Assembly (NCBI RefSeq): GCF_032444005.1
Contig: NC_091289.1
Coordinates: 131,254,001-131,318,000, forward strand
Reading direction: 5' to 3'
Source: Ranitomeya imitator
Lineage: Eukaryota
Length of the DNA stretch: 64,000 nucleotides
Part shown: positions 50,201-59,861 of the stretch, one piece after another
Position numbering within the stretch: position 1 is the first letter of the stretch
Layout: the number at the start of each line of letters is the position of its first letter
Notes under the pieces: model-generated
Databases searched by the model: none
What the model was told of the DNA's origin: nothing
Seen by the model: the letters and a program-made list of their open reading frames with translations, nothing else
Program-made: the position numbers and the translations under genes

Positions 50201-52666
50201 ACCGGTAATTATAGATTCTGCGCTCCGGTGTGAGTGTTCTCTGCGCAAATGGCTTCAGCAAATGTGGATGAAGAGGGAAAGCTTCGTCTGCGATGAAAAC
50301 AAAATTGAGGTTTGCTTTTGTGTCTTCATTTAGTGGCAACTGCAGTTGATTGTTCCTCAAGCTTTCCCCAAATGAAGTGTGTTCAAAAACTCCACCGTCG
50401 GAGACTCGACCATTCATGCCAACATCCACATCGACGAACTCATAGTTCGCATTGACAAGGGCCATGAGGATCACACTGAAATATCCTTTGTAGTTGAAAA
50501 AAAAGGATCCAGAGTTGGCTGGTTGCGTGATGCGCACATGCTTTCCATCTAATGCACCACCGCAGTTTGGAAACTGCCACAGCTCATCAAAATCGGAAGC
50601 AATCCTCTTCCAGTCATCCGCCGTCTTGGGAAACTGCAAAATGAGAAGGAAACATGTACAAATTAGGTCAAATATATTGTTGTGCACATACACTCTCATG
50701 TGGACATCCTAGAGTGATTGAGGCGCAGTATGGATTAGTATAACAAAGTCAACAGCCCTGAGTATGCAGGCAGCCATTTTATCAGATGGCTTCGGTGACT
50801 GAGAGGGGGTGCTAAACAATATATCGAAATTATATAATCAATAAAATAACGTTGGGAGCAGCAAATAAAAGAAGGGTGGCGCAGGGTTGGAGCACCACAT
50901 ATCAGAATGGAGCCGCAAAATGGTTGCATCACATGTCAGAATGGAGGCGCAGGATCACAGCAGCACATGTCAGAATGGGGGCGCAGGATGGGAGCAGCAC
51001 ATGATAGGATGTAGAACATATACCAATAGAAATGCGCGCAACCAGGGTGTAGAACGGGTTAAATAGCTAGTATAATATATCGACATAACACAGCAGCCAA
51101 AAAAATATAGTAGTACCTCGATATAATGCCTTAAGCTCTGCACAATGGCCTCGCATGTCTCCGGAATCACAACGCTCAGGAAAGGTCTGGAAACAGCTGC
51201 GGAAAACTGCAAATCCTGAAGAGACCTTCCTGTTGCCAGGAACCGCAGTGTCACCGCCAACCTTTCATCCACGGGCACGGCTGCACGCATCGGCGTATCA
51301 CGCCTTTGTATGAGTGGCGTAACAGCGGACAGTATTATTTTGAAGGATTCCTCTGACATCCGAAGGTAGTTTCGGAAATCATGAGGGTTATTGTCACGTA
51401 ACTCTCTTATGAGACCCATGTGTGACAATGTGGATCTTTTCTGCAGCCAGCTCCGGGTCCACATGCGACGTTTTCGTTTAGGACGTCTCTCCTCTTGGAG
51501 ACGTGCTGCCTCAAACACCAGGGCAGCAGCAACAACAGAACTCTCATCGGAAGTGAGCATACTTCCTAAAAAGAAAACAAACGTACAATAAATACACGTG
51601 CTTACAAAACAATGTTTTGACCATTGATCTAATAACTATATATGTTACTACTGGCATTAAATGGGGCAGTCAACCATCTCGATCTGTAAAAGGATTAATT
51701 AATTGGGCCACGCTACAGCTGTGTACCTGAGGTTCTCTGGCCTACCCTACTCTCCATAAAGGAACAATCGACCACGCTCCAGCGTTTATCCCCGTTGAAG
51801 CGCAACATCTGCTACGCTGTAGCGTTATACATACCTTTTGCGGTAAAAGTCTGTAGTTATAGTAGTTATAAAAGTCCAGGGAATCCAGCGAATTTAGGAG
51901 TTCTGTTTCCAGCACGTGCTACAGAGAGAAATGAATAGAGCGCTCGACAGCTCCGGTTTTATCCGCTGGGAACAATAGTCCTTTGTTTGTCGAATGAGCG
52001 CACAGTATTGTACCGCCCAATCAGCACACGGGAGGTGGAGAATTTAGCGCTCCTACGTAGCCAGCTCCTCCGCCCTTTACATCGTATACAATATCGTGCA
52101 CACCTTTGTTACACTATGCGATCATGCCGCCACAGCGGGACACTAGACGACGAAAGAAAGTTTCAAACGATGTGCTACGACGTACGATTCACAGCGGGGT
52201 CCCTGATCGCAGAAGCGTGTCACACACTGCGATATCGTAACTATATCGCTCGAACGTCACAAATCGTGCCGTCGTAGCGATCAAAATTGCACTGTGTGAC
52301 GGTACCCTTAGGGACACCTATTCAAAACATTAATGAAATCCTTTTATCAGGTACAACACCATGTATCTACTGGTGTGCTTTCTAGTTCTTTCATGAATAT
52401 TTAAGACATTCTTGATGATAAATTATAAGTAGTAAAGGCCTGCTGTTTCACAAGAACATTACATTTCAAACATGGGTGTACTTACTTATCTGTCGTTGTG
52501 CCTCACGTGGCTGCTGGTCATAATGTGGGAAGAGGGACCCACAGACACTCCTCCATGCAGCCTCTTTTTGTGCCCTGTTGGCATAATTTGGGTCTCTTTG
52601 GTCCCAGATGACAGGCCTCCCTTGGACCAAAATTATCAGCATGTCCGTATTGACAATGTTTGCCAT
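41215..52666 (-). CDS. Outer-element MADF protein, about 447 aa; exons 52666-52486, 42468-42312, 42220-41215
   Basis: GT-AG junctions join in frame (..QRQI-M-GDVTTRWRSIRDQY.. and ..DLR-P-TQSN..), rebuilding a MADF domain; BESS-like helix and Q/G/Y-rich tail. Confidence 0.8.
43160..43720. repeat. Degenerate ~70-80-bp tandem repeats upstream of the inner MADF ATG
   Basis: GAAGCGG(A/G)TGGTACGCTGTTGTG..GCGTGGCA..TGGAACAATGTATG..GGCATGAGTGC recurs about 6 times. Confidence 0.85.
43861..45100 (+). CDS. Inner MADF protein, about 317 aa; exons 43861-44280 and 44567-45100
   Basis: FLEIYQSFPCLWKIK..YSNREKR..KKKIQALRTVWRKEL..YVPKLWYF; phase-0 intron GTAAGT..CCCTAG joins both track ORFs; BESS-like FGLYIADKL. 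Confidence 0.85.
45288..47132 (-). CDS. Myb/SANT-like plus coiled-coil protein A, about 262 aa; exons 47132-46868, 46367-46257, 46147-46061, 45934-45848, 45724-45638, 45439-45288
   Basis: RFGITRSKAQIVKKWGDLK; all predicted introns are GT-AG phase 1; internal exons of 111/87/87/87 nt keep the frame to a TAG; heptad-like last exon. Confidence 0.75.
46402..46845. repeat. 43-bp minisatellite (about 10 units) in intron 1 of Myb gene A
   Basis: AGCTGTG recurs at 46444, 46487, 46530 and onward to 46831. Confidence 0.95.
47133..47415. promoter_or_regulatory. Putative bidirectional promoter between the two Myb genes
   Basis: 283-bp CpG-rich spacer between divergent ATGs; several ACGT/TGACG motifs. 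Positional inference only. Confidence 0.5.
47416..49311 (+). CDS. Myb/SANT-like plus coiled-coil protein B, about 258 aa; exons 47416-47683, 48139-48231, 48657-48803, 48880-48960, 49124-49311
   Basis: RFGVHRSQLQLRKKWADLR; exon lengths 268+93+147+81+188=777 nt give an open frame to TAA; first donor is GCAAGT, the others GTAAGT. Confidence 0.75.
49833..51560 (-). CDS. Intact PIF/Harbinger transposase, about 414 aa; exons 51560-51117 and 50633-49833
   Basis: N-terminal FRNYLRMS..ERLAVTLRFLATG; phase-0 GT-AG intron; catalytic GALDGKH, FIADEAF, VENAFG. Confidence 0.92.
50707..51070 (+). mobile_element. Possible small Helitron-like insert in the transposase intron
   Basis: Ends ..GAACGGGTTAAATAGCTAG|T after GCAGCACATG repeats; the hairpin is imperfect and the 5' end is a guess. 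Confidence 0.35.
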
Positions 52667-53300
52667 GCTGAATATCACTCCGTGGAGGTGTGCAGCAGAC
52701 TTCCGGGTTCACTGTCCGGCTTTTTCAGCTAATTAGCATGTCTCACCTGCCTGATTGAGTCCTTTGGACATTTCCGGACATCTGCCAGTCAGTTGCGTAT
52801 TTCTCGCAAGGCACACGCATGGTCCGTATGCATTCCGTATTATACGCTCTCCCATAGACTTGCATTGGCGTATTTTTTGAGCGATACGCTGACAAACGCA
52901 GCATGCTGCGATTTTGTGCGACCGTAGAACACCGTATATTACGGATCCGTTATATACGGCTGATAGGACTAGACCCATTGAGAATCATTGTGCCGTATGT
53001 TATGCGAGTTTTACGGACGTAGTTTCTGCGCTCTTACGTCCGTAAAACTCGCAAGTGTGATGCCGGCCACATACTGTGTACATAGCAGTGTATTTCTATC
53101 AATATCATCTGCTCGTGAAGTCAGCGCCTGCAACACAGATCAAGTACACAAAATGCTCTCATTTACATCAGCAGAGCTTGTGGCTCAGTAGCTTAAGTCT
53201 CTGTCTATAATGTTAAGATTGTGGTTTAGAGACATGAGGAGACTCACAGAAAACAAAATGAAGTTTTTGTAATTGCTTAAGCCCGAACAAAAAAAAAAAA

Positions 53301-55690
53301 TAATAATAATAATAATTTTTATTTATATAGCGCCAACATATTCCGCAGCGCTTTACAAATTATAGAGGGGACTTGTACAGACAATAGACATTACAGCATA
53401 ACAGAAATACAGTTCAAAACAGATACCAGGAGGAATGAGGGCCCTGCTCGCAAGCTTACAATCTATGAGGAAAAGGGGAGACACGAGAGGTGGATGGTAA
53501 CAATTGCTTTAGTTATTCGGACCGGCCATAGTGTAAGGCTCGGGTGTTCATGTAAAGCTGCATGAACCAGTTAACTGCCTAAGTATGTAGCAGTACAGAC
53601 ACAGAGGGCTATTAACTGCATAAAGTGAATGAGAACATGATGCGAGGAACCTGTTTTTTTTTATTTATTTTTTTATATATAAATAGGCCACACAGGGATC
53701 GTTAGGTTAATGCATTGAGGCGGTAGGCCAGTCTGAACAAGTGAGTTTTTAGGGCATGCTTAAAACTGTGGGGATTGGGGATTAATCGTATTAACCTAGG
53801 TAGTGCATTCCAAAGAATCGGCGCAGCACGTGTAAAGTCTTGGAGACGGGAGTGGGAGGTTCTGATTATTGAGGATGCTAACCTGAGGTCATTAGCGGAG
53901 CGGAGGGCACGGGTAGGGTGGTAGACTGAGACCAGAGAGGAGATGTAGGGTGGTGCAGAGCCATGGAGTGCTTTGTGGATGAGGGTAGTAGTTTTGTACT
54001 GGATTCTGGAGTGGATGGGTAGCCAGTGTAATGACTGGCACAAGGTAGAGGCATCGGTGTAACGGTTGGTGAGGAATATGATCCTGGCAGCAGCATTCAG
54101 GACAGATTGGAGTGGGGAAAGTTTGGTAAGAGGGAGGCCGATTAGTAGAGAGTTACAATAGTCCAGACGAGAATGAATAAGTGAAACAGTAAGAGTTTTT
54201 GCAGAGTCGAAAGTAAGAAAAGGGCGAATTCTAGAAATGTTTTTGAGATGCAGGTAAGAAGAGCGAGCCAGTGATCGAATGTGGGGGGTGAATGAAAGGT
54301 CAGAATCAAGGATGACCCCAAGGCAGCGGGCATGTTGCTTTTGAGTAATGGTGGAACTGCACACGGAGATGGCAATGTCAGGCAAAGGTAGGTTAGTAGA
54401 GGGAGAGAACACGAGGAGTTCAGTTTTTGACAGGTTTAGTTTCAGATAGAGGGAGGACATGATGTTAGAGACAGCGGTAAGACAATCACTGGTGTTTTCT
54501 AAAAAGGTCGGCGTGACAACAGGAGAAGAGGTGTATAATTGGGTGTCGTCAGCATATAGATGGTACTGGAAACCAAATCTACTGATTGTTTGTCCAATAG
54601 GGGCAGTATACAACGAGAAGAGGAGGGGGCCTAGGACTGATCCTTGAGAAACCCCAACAGTAAGGGGAAGGTGAGAGGAGGAGTGTTAGGTCTCGAGTTC
54701 CCACTTCTGCACAGGGGGAATCTCGAGCCATCTCCGCTGCGGTCTCCCATTCTTATCCAGCCGCAGTGGAGTCTGCTCAGCAGGGACGTCGGTCCCAGCG
54801 TCTTGCTCAGTCTCACTCTGTACAGAGAGTTACTGCTGCTTCTTCAGGTTCTGCCATTAAAGCCAGTGCTGGTCAGCAGCGAGCAGACTTCTCTGGGACT
54901 AAGTCCTTGTCTGCACACACTGAGCATGCCCAGAGCAAGATCTCCCGGTGGAGATCGAGGGTCATGTGCTCAGGCCCTGCAGCACATTCCATTGGTCCTC
55001 TTGGCAGGTCTTGGAAGGGCAAAGTTTTTGTGGCCACTTCCTGTGCTGCAACTATATAAACTGCGCATGACCGCACGGCCATGCGCTAGTGTACATTTGC
55101 TTACGTGTGTTTGTTGTGAGTGCAAGTCGTCCTTGGATACCCCTTCCCTATTGAATGTCTGTTTGCGGAAGGTGTATGGTTGCTATCTAGCGCCCGACTT
55201 ATCCTACAGCACAAATCACACATTTCAGCGTCCAGTTGCTGTGACCGCCAGTACGGCGCCGTGCACTTCCTCTGTGCTTTCCTTATCCAAGCCTGGGTGG
55301 TTAGTGGCGTTCGTCAGTGCGGCACCGCATGCACTCTTGTGCCCTAAATATTGTTATTTTCCTTACACACCCAGTTGCGGTGTTGTGCCAGCAAGGGTCT
55401 AATCGGACTTCAATCCTAGTTGGGGTTGAGTTCGCTGACTACTTGCTCGCGCTCTATGTGCGGTACCGCGACCCTGTGACGCAACAGGATCGCTTCCTTC
55501 ACGCTGGGTGAAGTCTAACCCACGTGTGCATACTTATGAGTACCGCCATATAGTCCGTCATTACTTGGCAGCAGGTTCCATCTCTGCACGGTGGACCCCG
55601 GGCTGCGAACGCACCATACTCTATCTGTATCATTATTTGGTGCGTTCCGCTAGCCCTAACAAGGAGGAACCAGCAAAACAATAGGAAACA
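53301..55690 (-). mobile_element. 5'-truncated L2-clade LINE; RT C-terminal ORF 53702-54613
   Basis: [43 protein letters not shown]; (ATT)n tail at 53301; interrupted by a solo LTR. Confidence 0.92.
54684..55661. mobile_element. Solo LTR (second family) inserted in the L2 RT
   Basis: TGTTAGG..CCTAACA ends; perfect 5-bp TSD AGGAG (54679-54683, 55662-55666). Confidence 0.92.
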
Positions 55691-55727
55691 AAAATAGGAA
55701 CAAAAAATCACAGAGATCAGAGTTTAA

Positions 55728-56055
55728 AGGGAAACTGTCACCTGAATTTGGAGGGAACAATCTTCAACCATGGAGGCGGGGTTTTTGGGTTTTTGATTCA
55801 CCCATTCCTTACCCGCTGGCTGCATGCTGGCTGCAATATTGGATTGAAGTTCATTCTCTGTCCTCCGTAGTACATGCCTGCACAGTGCAATCTTGCCTTG
55901 CGCAGGCGTGTACTATGGAGGACAGAGAATGAACTTCAATCCAATATTGCAGCCAGCATGCAGCCAGCGGGTAAGGAAAGGGTGAATCAAAAACCCCAAA
56001 ACCCCGCCTCCATGGCTGAAGATTGTTTCCTCCAAATTCAGGTGACAGTGTCCCT
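55728..56055. mobile_element. T2/Kolobok-type MITE
   Basis: TTAA|AGGGAAACTGTCACCTGAATTTGGAGG..CCAAATTCAGGTGACAGTGTCCCT|TTAA; largely palindromic. Confidence 0.85.
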
Positions 56056-56462
56056 TTAAGCCCTAGGAAACCTGATCACAGGAGGGAGCAAATAATACAA
56101 TTTCATTTATGCACTGAGCAGATAGAGGCCACACACCCCGAGGAGGAGGTATCCAGTGATAGAGATGTCGGAGAGGTTAGTATAGAAGCAGGACAGTCCC
56201 GCTGAATCCGGGACGTTTGGGAGCTATGAATGTGTATATAGTAGCGTTATGTTTGTATAGCAGAGCTGTGTGTATATATGGCAGAGCTGTTTGTGTGTTT
56301 TGATGTAGCATCGTTTTGCATGTGTGTATATATGAGCTGAGTGTGTTTGCTTGCTGTGGCAGAGCTGTATGTGTCCATTATCTGTGTACATTGTACTGTG
56401 TAGCGAGGTGTGCGGCGGCGTCTTACAGTGTGGTAAGCTCTGTGGGTGTATTATGTATAGAG

Positions 56463-56774
56463 TAGTGATGAGCGAGTATACTCGTTGCTCGGGTTTTCCC
56501 CGAGCACGCTCGGGTGGTCTCCGAGTATTTGTTAGTGCTCGGAGATTTAGTTTTTGTCAATGCAGCTGCATGATTTACAGCTGCTAGCCAGCCTGAGTAC
56601 ATGTGGGGGTTGCCTGGTTGCCAGGGAATCCCCACATGTATTCAGGCTGTCCAGCAGCCGTAAATCATGCAGCCAAGGCAACGAAAACTAAATCTCCGAG
56701 TAGGCCAAAATACTGTGAGATCACCCGAGCGTGCCCAGGGAGACCCGAACAATGAGTATACTCGCTCATCACTA
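56463..56774. mobile_element. hAT-type MITE
   Basis: TAGTGATGAGCGAGTATACTC TIRs; 8-bp flanks GTATAGAG and GTGTGGAG (6/8). Confidence 0.8.
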
Positions 56775-58110
56775 GTGTGGAGGACTATGGGGACATCTAA
56801 CGGTATAGAAAGCATTGTGAGGACCATGAAAGTAGAACAATACTTCTTGGAAAATTAAATGTGCTCTTCTAGGAGCAATATCTCTGTGTAGGCACACGTA
56901 ACGGACTGGGCGAAGTCAGGGAAGTATCTTAGCATAAAATAATAATTGCCGTGGCCTGCTCCACAGTGTCCCTCTTTATTTTTTTTCAGTGGGAATGTAT
57001 GTAAATACCTCCACCATCTACCATCTAACAAATGGTAGATGGATACACCTTCCTTGGCCAGGCCCTTCTCCTAAGAGCCATGTTTCTCATTACCCTTGCC
57101 ACCTCTCAAGGATCCATGTTTCTCTCTTATCTGGCTTCAATAATGTTCCCTGTTTCTCTGACACATCTTTTCAGTCTGACAAATGTTATAACTTGACAAC
57201 CAGGTCACTTTTCGGGCCTCCAGGTAAAGAGACTGCTGCTTAAAGCTCCTCACTAGTCACTACTGAACTGGCTTCAATTACACCCCGCAACTAGACCCAT
57301 CCATTGCCTGTCCAGGTTTTGAGCTCTGCACTGTTTCCCCCTCACTGGGTTCCTTCAGGCTGCCATTAGCTTAACAGCCACAGAGCTAGACCTTGATCAG
57401 ATTAAACGTTACACATGAGAAACCCACCCAAACTACTGCAGGCTTTTCTTCCTGCAACTTACCCAAACACACCTTATGTAAAGGTGTTCCTAGGCCTCAT
57501 GTCACACCTCAAAAGTTCTGGCCCTCAGTTAATCTCTTCAATGGTCAGATGGCCTCCAGACCAGCACAATTCCTAACATCCAAGGCTACTACCAGCTTCC
57601 AGCTCAGTGCAACCTCCCAGATGGAACTGTCCCCAGCCCGGCTTATGGCACTTTCTATGGCTTTGCTATAAATACATAATGTGATAATTAACCTTTAATT
57701 CACTGAAAAATAATAATAAACTGCATGTCTTTCTTTTGTGTAATAAATTACAAGTTATTAGATTGCTGATTTAGTTTTGACTTTTTTTTTTAAATTAAAA
57801 TGGACTTCTGTGTCATATAAGTTTTTGACTTTCTAGTCTCTTCAGAAAAATATGGTAGTTTAAATTAGTAAAATGTATATCTGTTATTATTTAATTTAAC
57901 ATAGCATGCCCCCTTTAGACCCTGAAGCAGCAGGGGGTGCCGGAATTCATGAACTCAGAATCTTGCAGAACTGCAAACTTGCAGAACTTTCAGAAAATCG
58001 GGTGCTGAATAGAAATGAGCTAAAATTTAAGATAGAATTTAGGATTAACATACCATAAGTACAAAAAGAGTTACTTTTGATTATTTATATCAATATTTAA
58101 ATATTAATTA

Positions 58111-58911
58111 CTAGATTGTGGCCCGATTCTAACGCATCGGGTATTCTAGAATATGTATGTAGTTTATTTATGAAGATTTCAGAATAATGCAATGAATACA
58201 CAGGATTCGGCCGGCTGGGCGCGACTAATTAGCAAAGCGTGGTTCAAATCCTGCGCCAATTCGCGGCCAGACTGCGTCTGTCGCTGATTGTTTGCGGCCG
58301 GCCGGGCGCAACCAATCATTGAAGCCAGGGTGAGCTCCAGGTTTTTGAGGGCCCCAGGCGAAAGAGTCTCACAGCCCACACAGCATATAGCACAGCTTAC
58401 GTAGTATATAGCACAGCCACGTAGTATATAGCACAGCCATATAGTATATAGTACAGCCACGTAGTATATAACACAGCCACGTAGTATATAGCACAGCCAT
58501 GTAGTATATTGCACAGCCACTTAGTATATTGCACAGCCACGTATTATATAGCACAGCCCACGTAAGGTATTGCACAGCCACGTAGCATATTGCACAACCA
58601 CGTAGTATATTGCACAGCCACGTAGTATATAGCACAGCCCATGCAGTATATAACACAGCTCACGTAGTATATAGCACAGCCCACGTAGTATATAACACAG
58701 CCCACAAGGTATATAACACAGCACATGTAATATATAGCACAGCCCATATAGTATATAGCACAGCCCACGCAGTATATAACACAGCCCACGTAGTATATAA
58801 CACAGCCACGTAGAATATAGCACAACCACGTAGTATATTGCACAGCCACATGGTATATAGCACAGCCCACATAGTATATAGCACAGCGACATAGTATATA
58901 ACACAGCCCAC
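58111..58911 (-). mobile_element. 3' part of a Helitron-like element with a CACAGCCACGTAGTATATAG minisatellite (58370-58911)
   Basis: Minus strand ends in hairpin CCCGATGCGTTAGAATCGGG then CCACAATCTAG|T; interrupted by the Gypsy element. Confidence 0.65.
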
Positions 58912-59727
58912 TGTTGTGAATTCTGTGGTCAAGCTCCCTCCTGTGGTCATGAGTGGTACTTCGGCTGGTTCTGTCTATGAGCTTCCGCTGGTGGATGTGA
59001 GTGGGGCTGCGGCTTCTGAGTTTCCTTCCTCAGGTGTCGAGGTTAAGTCGTTAGGTGCTGCTCTATTTAACTCCACCTAGTCCTTTGTTCCTGGCCTCCA
59101 GTCAATGTTCCAGTATTGGTCTGGCTCTCTCCTGGATCGTTCTTGTGGCCTGTCTGCCCTGCATAAGCTAAGTTCTGCTTGAGTTACTTTTGTTGCTATA
59201 TTTTCTGTCCAGCTTGCTATATTGGTTTTTCTTGCTTGCTGGAAGCTCTGAGACGCAGAGGGAGCACCTCCGTACCGTTAGTCGGTGTGGAGGGTCTTTT
59301 TGCCCCTCTGCGTGGTTGTTTGTAGGTTTTTGTGTTGACCGCAAAGCTATCTTTCCTATCCTCGGTCTATTCAGTAAGTCGGGCCTCACTTTGCTAAATC
59401 TATTTCATCTCTGTGTTTGTATTTTCATCTTAACTCACAGTCATGATATGTGGGGGGCTGCCTTTTCCTTTGGGGAATTTCTCTGAGGCAAGGTAGGCTT
59501 ATTTTTCTATCTTCAGGGCTAGTTAGTTTCTCAGGCTGTGCCGAGTTGCATAGGGAGCGTTAGGCGCAATCCACGGCTACCTCTAGTGTGGTATGATAGG
59601 ATTAGGGATTGCGGTCAGCAGAGTTCCCACGTCTCAGAGCTTGTCCTATGTTAGAAACTATCAGGTCACTTTGTGTGCTCTTAACCACTAGGTCCATTGT
59701 GGTTCTGAATCACCTGTTCATAACAGT

Positions 59728-59737
59728 ACTGGAGGCC
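59728..59737 (+). promoter_or_regulatory. Self-priming type primer-binding site
   Basis: ACTGGAGGCC is the exact complement of GGCCTCCAGT at 59093-59102, which lies 22 nt after TATTTAA (59064-59070). Confidence 0.75.
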
Positions 59738-59861
59738 CAAAGTACTAATGCTTCTCAATAGAGGGAAAAGAGAAGTTCTGAGACCATTTTTTTTCCTTTG
59801 CACTGTGTTTTGTCTTTCTTTTCCCCTTTACATCAGGGTGGTTTAGAACACAGGTGTAGAC

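Larger units (their letters stand above)
42695..52307. mobile_element. Inner four-gene PIF/Harbinger element, 9613 bp
   Basis: 55-bp TIRs (42695-42749, 52253-52307) starting GGGTACCGTCACACAGTGCAATTTTGATCGCTACGACGG, with 2 mismatches; flanks TAA and TTA. Confidence 0.9.
40050..53068. mobile_element. Outer PIF/Harbinger element, left end missing, interrupted by the four-gene element
   Basis: Convergent transposase (+) and MADF (-) genes; right end GTGTGATGCCGGCC (53055-53068) resembles a Harbinger TIR, but no TWA follows. Confidence 0.7.
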
